64,000 nt of DNA from Eubacteriales bacterium (GTDB lineage: Bacteria > Bacillota > Clostridia > Christensenellales > Aristaeellaceae). The translations under genes were made by a program, and so were the position numbers. Position 1 is the stretch's first letter; each line of letters begins with the position of its first letter. Below, one piece after another: positions 36,811 through 48,788 of this stretch. Location of the stretch: the NCBI GenBank assembly GCA_031556815.1, contig JAVBSI010000024.1:469-64468 (forward strand). Reading direction: 5' to 3'. The notes under the pieces are model-generated. The model saw nothing but the letters and a program-made list of their open reading frames with translations. It ran no database searches and was not told the DNA's origin.

Positions 36811-38589
36811 TTACTTTTCAATGGTGACGTAATTCCAAACCACGTCGCCGCTGGCAAGCTGCACCAGGCCCTTCACATAGGGCTTGAGGATGAACGGCTT
36901 GGTGTAGAAGTACATGGGAGCCACGCCGCCGGTAGCCATCAGGACCTTCTCGGCCTCGGCGGACTTAGCTGCGGCTTCCTCAGGGGTAGCCGCCATGCGG
37001 ACCTCGTCCACCAGCTTGTCGAAGGCGTCCGCCCAGGTCTGATCGCCGTTCAGGCCCCAGTAGGCGCCCATGCCGGCGTCCTTGGTCACATCGCTATTGC
37101 GGGTATAGTCACCCAGGTCTTTACCCAGACGGGGGTAATTGTTGCCAGAATCGGAGATGAATATTTCCAGGAAGTTCAAGGTATGGTTGAAGTCCGCAAC
37201 CCAGCCCATGCGCGCGGCTTCCGCGTCGCCAGTCTTCAGCTTCGTCTGTAGGGTTGCCCAAGCCTCGGTGTTTACCATACCGGTGATGCCCACCTGGTTC
37301 CAGCCTTCCTGCACATATTGGATGATGGCGGTGTTGGCGCCGGAGGGGTTGAAGGCGAACTCAATGGTCGGGAAATCGGTAAACTTGATATCTCCGGCTT
37401 CAACGGTACCGGTGTAAGCATAGCCCAGGTCAATCAAGGTCTTGATGGCTGCCACCTGATCCTCCGTATAGCTCGCATTCTCTTTGGAGGGGGTGGAAGT
37501 GCCTGTATACCAAGAGTCATAGCCCTCCGCAGTGCGCACATCAGCGTTCAGACCATCACTGAGGCCAGCGGGGAAGAATCCCTTCGCGGGCACCTGGCCA
37601 GCCTGCGTCACATAATCCACCAAATCCTGACGGTTCACCAACTGACCCAGCGCGAAGCGAGCCTTGCTTTGCTCCTGTACGGTCAGCTGTTTGCCAGTGG
37701 GGGAAACATCCTTGTGTACGTTAAAGAGGATATACCAGGTGCCAAACATATCCGCAATGCCAAATTCACCGGGGTAGGTGCTCTTAAGGCGCTCAAACTC
37801 GGCCGGATCAATGGATTGGTCAATATAGCAAGCGGAATCATTCTCATAGGCGGTCAGCATCGCCACATTATCCTCAGAGATGAGGCAGTTGACGCCATTA
37901 AGGCTTACTTTTTCAGCGTTCCAGTAGTAGGGGTTCTTTTCGAAAGCGATCACGTCGTCCACCGCATACTTGGTCATGCGGAAGGGGCCGGTGCCAATGT
38001 AGGTTTCCGGCTTGGTAGACCAAGCGCCCTGCACATCGGCGATATCCGTTTTGACCGGGAAGTAGGTGGGGAACGCGACCAGCTCCAGGAAGAAGGGAGA
38101 AGGCGCGACCACTTTTACCGTAATGGTGCGGGCCGCGTCATCCGCCTGCACATTCAGGGGGCCTTTGCCATCATTGTAACCGTCCACATAGCCAAACATG
38201 TAGCCATAGTCTGCGCCCAATTCTTCCGAGGAAGCGCGGTCCCAGGATTTTTTGAAGTCGCTGGCAAGCAGATCGCTGCCATCAGACCATTTCAAGCCTT
38301 CCCGTAAGGTAAAGGTGTAGGTCAGTTTGTCATCGGACAAGGTGTAGCCTTCAGCCAATTCCGGCATGAGCACAGGCTTGCCGTCTACAATCTGGGTGCC
38401 CATCAGGCCCGAAAAAGCGAGACGAATGGTGTTGCTGCCAATGGAGGCGCTGTTCAGCGCCGGGTCAATGGACAGGGGGGTGCCGCCGCCGTAGTAGATC
38501 GAAACCACGTTGTTTTCTTCCGCCGTTGCAACCGCGATAGTGCCCAACACCATCATCGCTGCAAGCATCAGTGCAAGAACCTTTTTCAT
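36811..38589 (-). CDS. oppA: Peptide ABC transporter substrate-binding protein (family 5, OppA/DppA-like)
   Basis: 592 aa; family-5 SBP pattern (LKWSDGS, GTGPF..., NPYYW). Signal peptide MKKVLALMLAAMMVLGTIAVATA/EE without Cys. Last gene of the opp cluster. Confidence 0.85.
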   Translation of the reverse strand: MKKVLALMLAAMMVLGTIAVATAEENNVVSIYYGGGTPLSIDPALNSASIGSNTIRLAFSGLMGTQIVDGKPVLMPELAEGYTLSDDKLTYTFTLREGLKWSDGSDLLASDFKKSWDRASSEELGADYGYMFGYVDGYNDGKGPLNVQADDAARTITVKVVAPSPFFLELVAFPTYFPVKTDIADVQGAWSTKPETYIGTGPFRMTKYAVDDVIAFEKNPYYWNAEKVSLNGVNCLISEDNVAMLTAYENDSACYIDQSIDPAEFERLKSTYPGEFGIADMFGTWYILFNVHKDVSPTGKQLTVQEQSKARFALGQLVNRQDLVDYVTQAGQVPAKGFFPAGLSDGLNADVRTAEGYDSWYTGTSTPSKENASYTEDQVAAIKTLIDLGYAYTGTVEAGDIKFTDFPTIEFAFNPSGANTAIIQYVQEGWNQVGITGMVNTEAWATLQTKLKTGDAEAARMGWVADFNHTLNFLEIFISDSGNNYPRLGKDLGDYTRNSDVTKDAGMGAYWGLNGDQTWADAFDKLVDEVRMAATPEEAAAKSAEAEKVLMATGGVAPMYFYTKPFILKPYVKGLVQLASGDVVWNYVTIEK

Positions 38590-38632
38590 TCAGTTACCCT
38601 CCTCTTTATAATGTGTTTTCATTGGTGTATCT

Positions 38633-38664
38633 ATTATACTATCATATCATTGTCTCATATGCAA
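38633..38664 (-). promoter_or_regulatory. Internal promoter in front of oppA (TTGCAT-17 nt-TAGTATAAT)
   Basis: In the AT-rich 97-nt oppF-oppA spacer: -35 TTGCAT (38664-38659) and an overlapping -10 TAGTAT/TATAAT (38641-38633). The strong RBS AGAGGAGGG follows. Confidence 0.5.
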
Positions 38665-38686
38665 TGAAAAAACAATATGTGCACAA

Positions 38687-39676
38687 TCACAAATGGTGAC
38701 AAGCCACAAAATGCCCTTTGCTAACTTCCGTGAACTCCGGACAACTGGCAGCGCATTTTTCGGTAGCGCGGGAACAGCGAGTGCGGAAGCTGCAGCCTGA
38801 AGGCACCTTTAGCGGGCTTGGCACGTCCCCTCCCAGCACGATGCGTTTCAGCTTGCGGGCTTTGTCCGGGTCAGGGATGGGCACTGCGGACAACAGAGAA
38901 ATCGTATAAGGGTGCAATGGATTGCGGTGAAGCTCGTTGGAGCTGGCCAGCTCCACCATCTTGCCCAGGTACATCACAGCGATGCGGTTGGAAATGTGTT
39001 TCACCACAGATAAATCGTGGGCGATAAACAGATAGGTGAGGCCCAGCTGATTCTGCAAATCCTCCAGCATGTTGATAACCTGTGCCTGGATGCTCACATC
39101 CAACGCGGAGACCGGCTCGTCGCAGACAATAAACTCTGGATTGGAAGCCAAAGAACGAGCAATACCAATACGCTGCCGTTGACCGCCGCTAAACTCGTGG
39201 GCATAGCGGGTGGCCTGCTCACTGGAAAGGCCAACCATACCCAGCAATTCGTTAATACGCGCGCTTCGCTCCTGTTTGGACGCGCAAAGTTTATGCACAT
39301 CAATGGGTTCCGCTACAATGTCCCCCACCGTCATGCGTGGGTTAAGGGAAGAATACGGATCCTGAAAAACCAGCTGCGCCCTTCTATGCAACGCGTCAAT
39401 GGATTCCTTGCTGGAAATTTCCTGGCCGTTGAAATATACTTTGCCCTCGGTGGGCTTGTACAGCTGTAGCAACGAACGGCCCACGGTGGTTTTCCCACAG
39501 CCGCTTTCCCCCACCAGCCCCAATGTTTCGCCCTTGGCGATGGCAAAGCTTACCCCGTCAACCGCTTTCAACATCGTCGTCTTTAAAAACCCTGTGGTAA
39601 TCGGGAAATATTGCTTTAAATCTTTCACTTCCACTACGTTGACCGGGTCTTGCCGATCCTGCATCGCCTCACTCAT
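38687..39676 (-). CDS. oppF: Oligopeptide ABC transporter ATP-binding protein
   Basis: [24 protein letters not shown] and the C-terminal oligopeptide-type Cys motif (CSFRTRC...C). Confidence 0.9.
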   Translation of the reverse strand: MSEAMQDRQDPVNVVEVKDLKQYFPITTGFLKTTMLKAVDGVSFAIAKGETLGLVGESGCGKTTVGRSLLQLYKPTEGKVYFNGQEISSKESIDALHRRAQLVFQDPYSSLNPRMTVGDIVAEPIDVHKLCASKQERSARINELLGMVGLSSEQATRYAHEFSGGQRQRIGIARSLASNPEFIVCDEPVSALDVSIQAQVINMLEDLQNQLGLTYLFIAHDLSVVKHISNRIAVMYLGKMVELASSNELHRNPLHPYTISLLSAVPIPDPDKARKLKRIVLGGDVPSPLKVPSGCSFRTRCSRATEKCAASCPEFTEVSKGHFVACHHL

Positions 39677-40697
39677 GCTTTGTCCCCCCTTCGTTCACCC
39701 CACTGCCCTCCGTAGGTTGCAGGACGCTGCCATCCGCCACGTTTCTCCAGCAAGCGGACAAATGATCCTTGCCTACCCAGTGCTCCGCTGGCTTGGTTTG
39801 TAGGCACACCTTCATGGCCGCCTCACATCGCGGCGCAAAAGCACAGCCCATAGGCATATTCAGCATATCGATGGGGGTGCCTGCAATGGGGATCAGGCGC
39901 TCTTTATCCTCTTTATCAATGTTGGGAATGGACCGCATCAATCCCTTGGTATATTCGTGCTTGGGTTTGTAGAAGATCTCATCCGCAGTACCGCGCTCAG
40001 CTACGCGGCCTGCATACATCACAATCACCTCATCACACATACCCGCTATCACGCCCAAATCATGGGTAATCATGATGATGGCCATGCCCAGCTTCTTTTG
40101 CAACTCACCCATCAATTCCAGAATTTGTGCCTGAATGGTCACATCCAGGGCGGTAGTGGGCTCATCGGCGATCAGAATATCCGGCTCGCAGGCCAAGGCC
40201 ATCGCGATCATCACCCGTTGTCGCATGCCGCCGGATAACTCAAAAGCATATTGTTTCATCCGCTTTGTCGGATCGTTAATGCCTACCAATCCCAGCATCT
40301 CCACCGCACGATCCCAGGCTTGCTTGCGCTTCCGCTTGGTATGGAGCATAATGGCTTCCATCAGCTGGTTGCCAATGGTCAAGGTGGGGTTCAAACTGGT
40401 CATGGGATCCTGAAAGATCATGCTGATGTTGTTGCCGCGCATTTGCCTTACCGTTTCCTGCGATGCGCCGATCAACTCCTGGCCCCGAAATCGAATGCTG
40501 CCTCCAACGACCTTCCCCGGATGGGATAAAATTTGCATGATGGAATAGGCGGTCACGCTCTTCCCGCTGCCCGATTCCCCCACGATGCCAAGCACCTTGC
40601 CCTCATCCAAATGGAAAGATACGTCATCCACCGCTTTCACCTGGCCGGAAGGAGTAAAAAAAGTGGTTTGAAGATTTGTGACTTCAAGCATTGCCAT
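39669..40697 (-). CDS. oppD: Oligopeptide ABC transporter ATP-binding protein
   Basis: [23 protein letters not shown] and C-terminal CAFAPRC. 8-nt overlap with oppF. Confidence 0.9.
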   Translation of the reverse strand: MAMLEVTNLQTTFFTPSGQVKAVDDVSFHLDEGKVLGIVGESGSGKSVTAYSIMQILSHPGKVVGGSIRFRGQELIGASQETVRQMRGNNISMIFQDPMTSLNPTLTIGNQLMEAIMLHTKRKRKQAWDRAVEMLGLVGINDPTKRMKQYAFELSGGMRQRVMIAMALACEPDILIADEPTTALDVTIQAQILELMGELQKKLGMAIIMITHDLGVIAGMCDEVIVMYAGRVAERGTADEIFYKPKHEYTKGLMRSIPNIDKEDKERLIPIAGTPIDMLNMPMGCAFAPRCEAAMKVCLQTKPAEHWVGKDHLSACWRNVADGSVLQPTEGSGVNEGGTKHE

Positions 40698-40712
40698 CTC
40701 TCTTCCCTCCCA

Positions 40713-41753
40713 TCAAGTCCGCAGCTTTGGATCAAAGGCATCACGCAGGCCATTGCCCAGCAAGTTAAAAGAAAGCACGATCAGAAAAATGGACAGTGCC
40801 GGAAATATCAATGCGAAAGGATAACTCACCAGCGCTATTCGAGCATCCGCAGCCAAGGAGCCCAGCGATGGCATGGGGATCGACACGCCCAACCCCAGGA
40901 AGGAAAGGAAACTCTCCGTAAAAATAGCGCTAGGAATCTGCATGGCAGCCGTAATGATAATGACGGAAACGCAGTTAGGAATCATATGCTTGCGGATGAT
41001 CCGCGTGGGCGAAGCGCCCGTGACCCGGGCAGCAAGCACATACTCCTGCTCCTTAATAGACAAAATCTGACCACGAACCTGGCGCGCCATGCCCACCCAG
41101 TACAGCATGCCGAATACAATGAAGATGCTCACCATCCCTGCGCCCATCTTAATCATCAATTCGCTTTTGCTGGCGCCCACCACATCCTTAAGAACGACCG
41201 ATAACAGGATCACAATGAGCACATCCGGCAAGGCGTAAATGATATCCACAATTCTCATCATCACCATATCCACCCTGCCGCCAAAATAACCAGAAATGGA
41301 TCCATAAATGATGCCAATAATCACCACGATCAGCGCAGCCACAATGCCCACCAGCAACGAGATGCGGGTACCGTATATCACGCGGATGGCATAGTCACGG
41401 CCCAGGTTGTCCGTGCCCATAATATGCGGAAACACCGCCTCGCCATTGGCGATACGCGCCTGCTCTTTCTTGGAGTATTCAAAAGGCCTTAAGTACTTGC
41501 CCGTTACATCCTGCTGGGTATAGCTATAGGGGTAAATCTCCGGCACGATGAAGGCGATCACCGTGATGAGCAGAATGATGGCAACGCAAACCATGGCAAT
41601 TCGATTGCGCCTTAGCCGTCTCATGGCGTCTTTCATGAAGGAAACAGATTCCCGCTGGGTCTCCTGCTGCTGCTTTTCCGCCTCGGTAGCCGGCTGCCAT
41701 AAGTTCGGATCGATTTGAAAACTCAGCGGATTCTTCAACACTTTATCTGGCAT
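40713..41753 (-). CDS. oppC: Oligopeptide ABC transporter permease
   Basis: 346 aa with an OppC-type N-terminal extension and the EAA loop (EYVLAARVTGASPTRIIRKHMIPN). Confidence 0.85.
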   Translation of the reverse strand: MPDKVLKNPLSFQIDPNLWQPATEAEKQQQETQRESVSFMKDAMRRLRRNRIAMVCVAIILLITVIAFIVPEIYPYSYTQQDVTGKYLRPFEYSKKEQARIANGEAVFPHIMGTDNLGRDYAIRVIYGTRISLLVGIVAALIVVIIGIIYGSISGYFGGRVDMVMMRIVDIIYALPDVLIVILLSVVLKDVVGASKSELMIKMGAGMVSIFIVFGMLYWVGMARQVRGQILSIKEQEYVLAARVTGASPTRIIRKHMIPNCVSVIIITAAMQIPSAIFTESFLSFLGLGVSIPMPSLGSLAADARIALVSYPFALIFPALSIFLIVLSFNLLGNGLRDAFDPKLRT

Positions 41754-41762
41754 ATGCGCACC

Positions 41763-42689
41763 TCATCTCAAATCAAGTCTGGGATCCATCACCTTATAAA
41801 GCATATCGCTTAGAAAATTCATCATGATAATCATAAAAGCAAGGAAAATGGTCACACCCATAATCATCATGTAATCCGTTTTCAGCATGCTGTTCACAAA
41901 CAGTCGTCCCAAGCCCGGCACGGAGAAAATATTCTCCACAACCATGCTGCCCGTAAGAATGTAGGCCATCATCGGGCCGGCATAGGTGATGACGGGGCTG
42001 AGAGCGTTTTTGAGCGCGTGTTTAAAGATCACCGAGCTGTTTTTGACGCCTTTGGCCCTGGCGGTCCGGATGTAGTCTTGCCCCAGCACGTCCAGCATAC
42101 TGGAACGCTCCAGCCTGGTGATATACGCCATCGGATATAAGCTGAGAGAAATGATTGGCAATGCCAGCCCACCGGGCGCGGTCGCGTTGGTGGGGAACCA
42201 CTTAAGATACAGGCCAAAAACCAGCAAAAAGATCGTGGCCATGACGAAAGGGGGCATGGAAACCAGCGCCGTCGTTATCACCTGTATCACCTTGTCCGGC
42301 CATTTCCCTCTTTTCAGCGCTGCCAAGGCCCCCAATGCCAAGCCAAAAACGATCGCGATGACCGCGGCAGAAAAGCCTATCCTGGCCGAATAAACAATAC
42401 CGCCGGCGATCAACTCCGCCACGGTATTGCCCACCCAGCCCGTGGATAGGCCAAAGTCTCCCTGTATAACACCCGCGACATAGGTCACAAATTGCTCTGT
42501 GACAGGCTTGTCAAAGCCATATTTTCTTTCCAAGGCCGCTATGGTCTTGTTGTTCTTCGCTTTTTCAGAGCTGAACGGACTTGCGGGAATGGCGTGCATG
42601 GTGAAAAACGTAATCACCACCACCAAAAAAATCGTCAGCAGCGACATCCCCAGCCGTTTTAGCAAGTACGTCATAAATTTGGAATTCAT
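41763..42689 (-). CDS. oppB: Oligopeptide ABC transporter permease
   Basis: From MNSKFMTYLLKRL (typical OppB start) and the EAA loop DYIRTARAKGVKNSSVIFKHALKN. GGAGGG RBS before the Met at 42689. Confidence 0.85.
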   Translation of the reverse strand: MNSKFMTYLLKRLGMSLLTIFLVVVITFFTMHAIPASPFSSEKAKNNKTIAALERKYGFDKPVTEQFVTYVAGVIQGDFGLSTGWVGNTVAELIAGGIVYSARIGFSAAVIAIVFGLALGALAALKRGKWPDKVIQVITTALVSMPPFVMATIFLLVFGLYLKWFPTNATAPGGLALPIISLSLYPMAYITRLERSSMLDVLGQDYIRTARAKGVKNSSVIFKHALKNALSPVITYAGPMMAYILTGSMVVENIFSVPGLGRLFVNSMLKTDYMMIMGVTIFLAFMIIMMNFLSDMLYKVMDPRLDLR

Positions 42690-42768
42690 ACGCAACCCTC
42701 CGGCATGTAAAAATCTTTCCACCCGGCTCTTCATCACAAATCATAGGCACCGGTGATGCCCATTACTT

Positions 42769-42802
42769 AAAAAATCGGAAAGAGCAATCCGCCCTTTCCG
42801 AT
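42769..42802 (-). terminator. Intrinsic terminator after the acyltransferase gene
   Basis: ATCGGAAAG-11 nt-CTTTCCGAT with a U-run on the minus strand (A6 on plus). Confidence 0.7.
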
Positions 42803-42913
42803 TCGCAAAAGGTATATATTATTATATCATCTGACTTTCCAATGTCAATTCAAACATATTTTCTCAGATTGTTTTTTTAATGTATTTTGCATCCCGGCTC
42901 CTTTCATAATCTG

Positions 42914-43924
42914 TCATGCCCGGACTCCAACGCGATTTTGGGGTAGGCGCTTTACCGCAGCATCCACCAACCAATGATACCCGACGCCCGCCACCAGGCA
43001 ACCAAGGCTTGCCAAAATCCAGGGCCAATCCCCCCGCACTTGGTATTTGCGCAACAGCTCCACCATCCATATGTTCATCAGATAGATTTCAAAAGAGGCC
43101 CGGCCCATCCAGCGCAATGGCCCAAAGGCTGCGTTAAAATGTTTGGCCTTGTCAAACAGAAAACCGAAGAAGATACATAGCGGCGGTGTGATGAATACAA
43201 AGGGGTGCCAATATATACCATAGTCGTTAAGCAGTTCCGGATATCGTTCAAAGCAAAGCATCAGCAAAGCCGTCCCCGCCACAAAGCACAGCACCAATAG
43301 ACTTCGTTTCAGCCATATCCCCATGGCCGGCCGCCAGTTCATGGCAAATGCCATGCCCAGCAAAAAAATGGGAATGCGGGCGATACCCATGTACCGATCA
43401 TCCCCGATGCAGCAAAGGCCCACGCCCAAAGCAATCACCGCCAAGCATGCCAGGCTGCGCCCCGGCTTCTCGCTTTTGGATAGACATGCATGTACAAAGG
43501 GGGCCAGCGCCAGAAACAACAGCAGTGCGCTCACATACCAATTGAATACCCGTGGGGTGCTCAGCCAAAAACCCACCATGAACAGATTGCCCAGCACGCC
43601 TCGGATCGCCTGGGTGGTGGTAAGCCCGTATCCAGGGAACATCACCACCATCCAAACCACAATCAACGGCAGGTACGCCGGCCCTATCCGCCAGAGTCGC
43701 CGCTTCATATAACCTCTCAAATCTCCGTTTTTGCTTAGCGAATGAACCAAACCAAAACCCGTTAAAAAGAAAAAGAGATCCACGCCGCCATAGCCGATTT
43801 TTTGGATATGGTGAAGCACTCCGGGCGCAAAAAACTGCCCATGGAAAAACACCACCCACAGGATCGCGATTCCTTTCAGCTCGTCCCGGTAGGCGCGGAC
43901 CCATTGCTTTGCATCCATTGGCAT
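42914..43924 (-). CDS. Acyltransferase family 3 (OafA/YrhL-like) membrane protein
   Basis: 336 aa, about 10 TM. The N-terminal GIAILWVVFFH and later GGVDLFFFLTGF motifs are characteristic of Acyl_transf_3. Confidence 0.8.
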   Translation of the reverse strand: MPMDAKQWVRAYRDELKGIAILWVVFFHGQFFAPGVLHHIQKIGYGGVDLFFFLTGFGLVHSLSKNGDLRGYMKRRLWRIGPAYLPLIVVWMVVMFPGYGLTTTQAIRGVLGNLFMVGFWLSTPRVFNWYVSALLLFLALAPFVHACLSKSEKPGRSLACLAVIALGVGLCCIGDDRYMGIARIPIFLLGMAFAMNWRPAMGIWLKRSLLVLCFVAGTALLMLCFERYPELLNDYGIYWHPFVFITPPLCIFFGFLFDKAKHFNAAFGPLRWMGRASFEIYLMNIWMVELLRKYQVRGDWPWILASLGCLVAGVGYHWLVDAAVKRLPQNRVGVRA

Positions 43925-44010
43925 GCCTTCTTTCCATCCTAAAAGGGGAGGTACATGATGGACAACTTTGCAGGATGCCTGTGACAGCCATACCTCTCTT
44001 GGTTATGGAT

Positions 44011-44039
44011 AGCATAATCGGATTGCCCTGTTTTGTCAA
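44011..44039 (-). promoter_or_regulatory. Sigma-70-type promoter for the acyltransferase gene (TTGACA-17 nt-TATGCT)
   Basis: Minus-strand -35 at 44039-44034 and -10 at 44016-44011. Leaves an untranslated leader of about 80 nt. Confidence 0.5.
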
Positions 44040-44080
44040 TTTAGGAAATTGCTCCGTTCCCCCTGTGTTTTTCCTCCATC

Positions 44081-44111
44081 AAAAAGCCGCTTCCATGATC
44101 AAAAGCGGCTT
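44081..44111 (-). terminator. Intrinsic terminator after atpC
   Basis: AGCCGCTT-10 nt-AAGCGGCT with a U5 run on the minus strand. Confidence 0.75.
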
Positions 44112-44137
44112 TGGAATGCATAATCGCAATTATTTTA

Positions 44138-45986
<1,849 letters not shown>

Positions 45987-46865
45987 TTACAAGGTAAACG
46001 AATCCGGGTTGCCCCCAATAATCTCGTTGATTTCCTGTGTGATCGCAGCCTGTCGGGCGTGGTTCAGCGCCAGCCTGAGCTTCTTAAGCATATCATCCGC
46101 GTTGCGGGTGGCGGATTCCATGGCGGTCATCCGGGCCCGGTTCTCACTGGCATAGCTCTGCACCAAGGCGCTATACAACACGCCACTGACAAAGTGACGA
46201 GCCATGGAGTCAAGCGTTTGGGCCAGGCTAGGCTCAAAGGTCAAGCCAGCCAGCGGGGTGTGCATGGGCTCCACATCCACCACAGCGGATCGGTTGATGG
46301 GCAGCACATGCAAACAGGTAGGCCTTGTGATGCCTCCCTTGAGCAGTTGGGTAAAAATAAGAAACATCTCGTCAAACTCCTGCCGCTCATACTGGGCGCA
46401 AAGCTCGGCGGACAGATCCCGGGCGGTCTCCAGCGTGGGGTTTTGCACGGCGGACAGGTAGACGCCATCCACCGGGATGCCCTTGCGTTTAAAAAAATGC
46501 GTGGCCATATGCCCAAAGGTCAACAGCCGGGCGCGCTGGTGGGTCGTACTTTCGACTACCTTTTGCAGGGCTAGTTTCAGCACGTCCTGGTTATAGCCGC
46601 CACACATGCCCTTATCCCCAGCGATGACCAAAAAGGCGCATCGCTTGCCATGATCCCGGTAGTACACGCTTCTGAAATTTTCCGGCGAGTTGTCCAGGAT
46701 GAAGCGCATATTGGAACGGACCAGGTTGTAAAACTGCATGGTCTGCTCATGACTTCGCACAGCCTTTTTCATTTTGCCGGAAGCAATCAAATGCATGGCC
46801 CGGGTGATCTTGGCGGTATCATCGATGGCCTTGATGTGATGCTTGATTTCCGCAATGGAACTCAT
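45987..46865 (-). CDS. atpG: F1 ATP synthase gamma subunit
   Basis: 292 aa; the N-terminal IKHHIKAIDDTAKITRAMHLIA and C-terminal ITQEINEIIGG motifs. Confidence 0.9.
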   Translation of the reverse strand: MSSIAEIKHHIKAIDDTAKITRAMHLIASGKMKKAVRSHEQTMQFYNLVRSNMRFILDNSPENFRSVYYRDHGKRCAFLVIAGDKGMCGGYNQDVLKLALQKVVESTTHQRARLLTFGHMATHFFKRKGIPVDGVYLSAVQNPTLETARDLSAELCAQYERQEFDEMFLIFTQLLKGGITRPTCLHVLPINRSAVVDVEPMHTPLAGLTFEPSLAQTLDSMARHFVSGVLYSALVQSYASENRARMTAMESATRNADDMLKKLRLALNHARQAAITQEINEIIGGNPDSFTL

Positions 46866-48421
46866 GACGCCCCATCTCCTTTGCCGGCGGCGCCCTTGGC
46901 GGAGTCCTCGCCCATGGTCTTGACAAACCAGTTTTGGATGACATCCCGCAGCCTGGTTTCGTTGCTCTTGCTTAACTCACCGGATACGTTCATGGCCTTT
47001 TCCAGGTCCGCATCATGGGCGGTAAAATAGCCGGGAAACTCATCTTTGAACCGCAGCAGCGTTTTGAAGTCGATATCTTTTGGCAAAAGACCCTGGGTGG
47101 CGGCATACAGGAAAGCCACTTCCAGCGCCAGGGGCATGGGGTCATTGTTGCGCTGCTTGCAAAGCTCAGTAAGATGAGCGCCGTATTTCAGCTTATCCTG
47201 CGTGGCGGCGTCCATGTCGCTGGCAAATTGCGCGAACACCGAAAGCTCGCGATATTGAGCCAGTTCCAACCGCAGTGTGCCCGCCACTTTGCGCATGCTC
47301 TTTTGCTGGGCCGCGCCGCCCACCCGGCTCACGGATAAGCCGCCGTTCACCGCCGGGCGGATGCCCTCGCGGAACAGCTCGGTGTCCAGAAAAATCTGCC
47401 CATCGGTGATGGAGATTACATTGGTGGGAATATAAGCGGAAATATCGCCTGCCTGGGTCTCAATGATGGGCAGAGCGGTCAGGCTGCCGCCGCCCATGTC
47501 ATCGCTGAGGTTTGCCGCCCGCTCCAACAGGCGGGAGTGAAGGTAGAACACATCACCGGGATAGGCCTCCCGGCCTGGCGGCCGGTGCAGCAGCAAGGAC
47601 ATGGATCGATAGGCCACCGCATGCTTGCTCAAATCATCATAGACAATGAGCGCATCCCGGCCTTTGCGCATAAACCACTCCGCCATGGCGCAGCCCGCGT
47701 ATGGGGCGATGTATTGCATGGTGGCGCTATCCGCGGCGGTGGCGCTGACCACGATGGTGTAATCCATGGCTTCCTTCTCCCGCAGATGGGTAATCAGCTG
47801 GGCGACGCTGGAAGCCTTCTGGCCGATGGCCACATACACACAAACCACATTGGTGTTCTTTTGGTTCAGGATGGTGTCCACGGCAATGCTGGTCTTGCCC
47901 GTCTGGCGGTCGCCGATAATCAGCTCCCGCTGGCCCCTGCCGATGGGCACCATGGCATCAATGGCCATGAGGCCTGTCTGCATGGGTTTGCTTACCGGCT
48001 TGCGGTGCAAGATAGGCGGCGCAGGGGTCTCAATGGGGCAAAAATCCGCATGAGCCACCCGCTCGCTGCCATCCAAAGGCAAACCTAAAGGATTTACCAC
48101 ATGGCCCAGCAGCGCATCGCCACAAGGTACGGACAGCACCCGGCCCGTACCAAAAGCCGCCATGCCTACCGAAATATCCGCCTCATCGCTCAACGCCACG
48201 CCATAAACCAGTTTTTCCTCCAGGTTCATGGCGATGACATACCCGCCGCTTTCCATCTCGATTAACTCGCCCAGTTTGCAGTCGTTCAGCCCATCCATAT
48301 GCACAACGCCATCGCCTACAAACAATACCTTGCCAGTGCTGCGGACATCCACGCCACGCTCATAATCGCCCAAACGTTCCCGTAGGCTTTTGCCCACTTC
48401 TGTCCAGTCGTGCACAGTCAT
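46862..48421 (-). CDS. atpA: F1 ATP synthase alpha subunit
   Basis: 519 aa; GDRQTGKT Walker A. Confidence 0.95.
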   Translation of the reverse strand: MTVHDWTEVGKSLRERLGDYERGVDVRSTGKVLFVGDGVVHMDGLNDCKLGELIEMESGGYVIAMNLEEKLVYGVALSDEADISVGMAAFGTGRVLSVPCGDALLGHVVNPLGLPLDGSERVAHADFCPIETPAPPILHRKPVSKPMQTGLMAIDAMVPIGRGQRELIIGDRQTGKTSIAVDTILNQKNTNVVCVYVAIGQKASSVAQLITHLREKEAMDYTIVVSATAADSATMQYIAPYAGCAMAEWFMRKGRDALIVYDDLSKHAVAYRSMSLLLHRPPGREAYPGDVFYLHSRLLERAANLSDDMGGGSLTALPIIETQAGDISAYIPTNVISITDGQIFLDTELFREGIRPAVNGGLSVSRVGGAAQQKSMRKVAGTLRLELAQYRELSVFAQFASDMDAATQDKLKYGAHLTELCKQRNNDPMPLALEVAFLYAATQGLLPKDIDFKTLLRFKDEFPGYFTAHDADLEKAMNVSGELSKSNETRLRDVIQNWFVKTMGEDSAKGAAGKGDGAS

Positions 48422-48786
48422 CGCTCCTCCTCGTCAGGGCGCGTAAGCCTCTTTTGCAAATCCTGCAACTGCCCGCGAAGCGTCCCGTCATAGCTATAGC
48501 CATTCAACTCCACACGGATGCCGGCCAACTGTTTCTTGTCCAGGCGGCAAGTCAATTTGACGCGCTTGCCCAAAATCTCTTGCAAGCGTTTTGCCACCCG
48601 CTTTTGCGCAGCCACGGACAGCGGCATACCCGTCACGATGCGGCCACGAAGAACGGTTTCCTCCTCGCTCTCCCGGTGCAAAAGCTTCTCTCTTTTTTCC
48701 AGCGCTTCCTGGACAAAATCGGGAGGCGCCTGGCTGCCGCCGGCTGCCTGCTGCGTGCCGACAAGAACGTTATCAGCCTCTGCCAT
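48418..48786 (-). CDS. atpH: F1 ATP synthase delta (OSCP) subunit, C-terminal domain only
   Basis: 122 aa in the atpF-atpA position. Residues from about 47 on match the delta C-terminal pattern (V..A.PL......V...L....GK.V.L.....K..L.G..V.......DG.L...L..L...L). The usual N-terminal helical bundle is absent. The ATG lies 2 nt after the atpF stop. Confidence 0.7.
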   Translation of the reverse strand: MAEADNVLVGTQQAAGGSQAPPDFVQEALEKREKLLHRESEEETVLRGRIVTGMPLSVAAQKRVAKRLQEILGKRVKLTCRLDKKQLAGIRVELNGYSYDGTLRGQLQDLQKRLTRPDEEER

Positions 48787-48788
48787 GC

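Noticed and set aside
37318-38307. 329-aa ORF antisense to oppA (also 29710-30666 antisense to the ABC exporter and 50104-51051 antisense to the membrane protein/atpI)
   Set aside because: Shadow ORFs with no start context and no motifs. The sense-strand genes are well supported.
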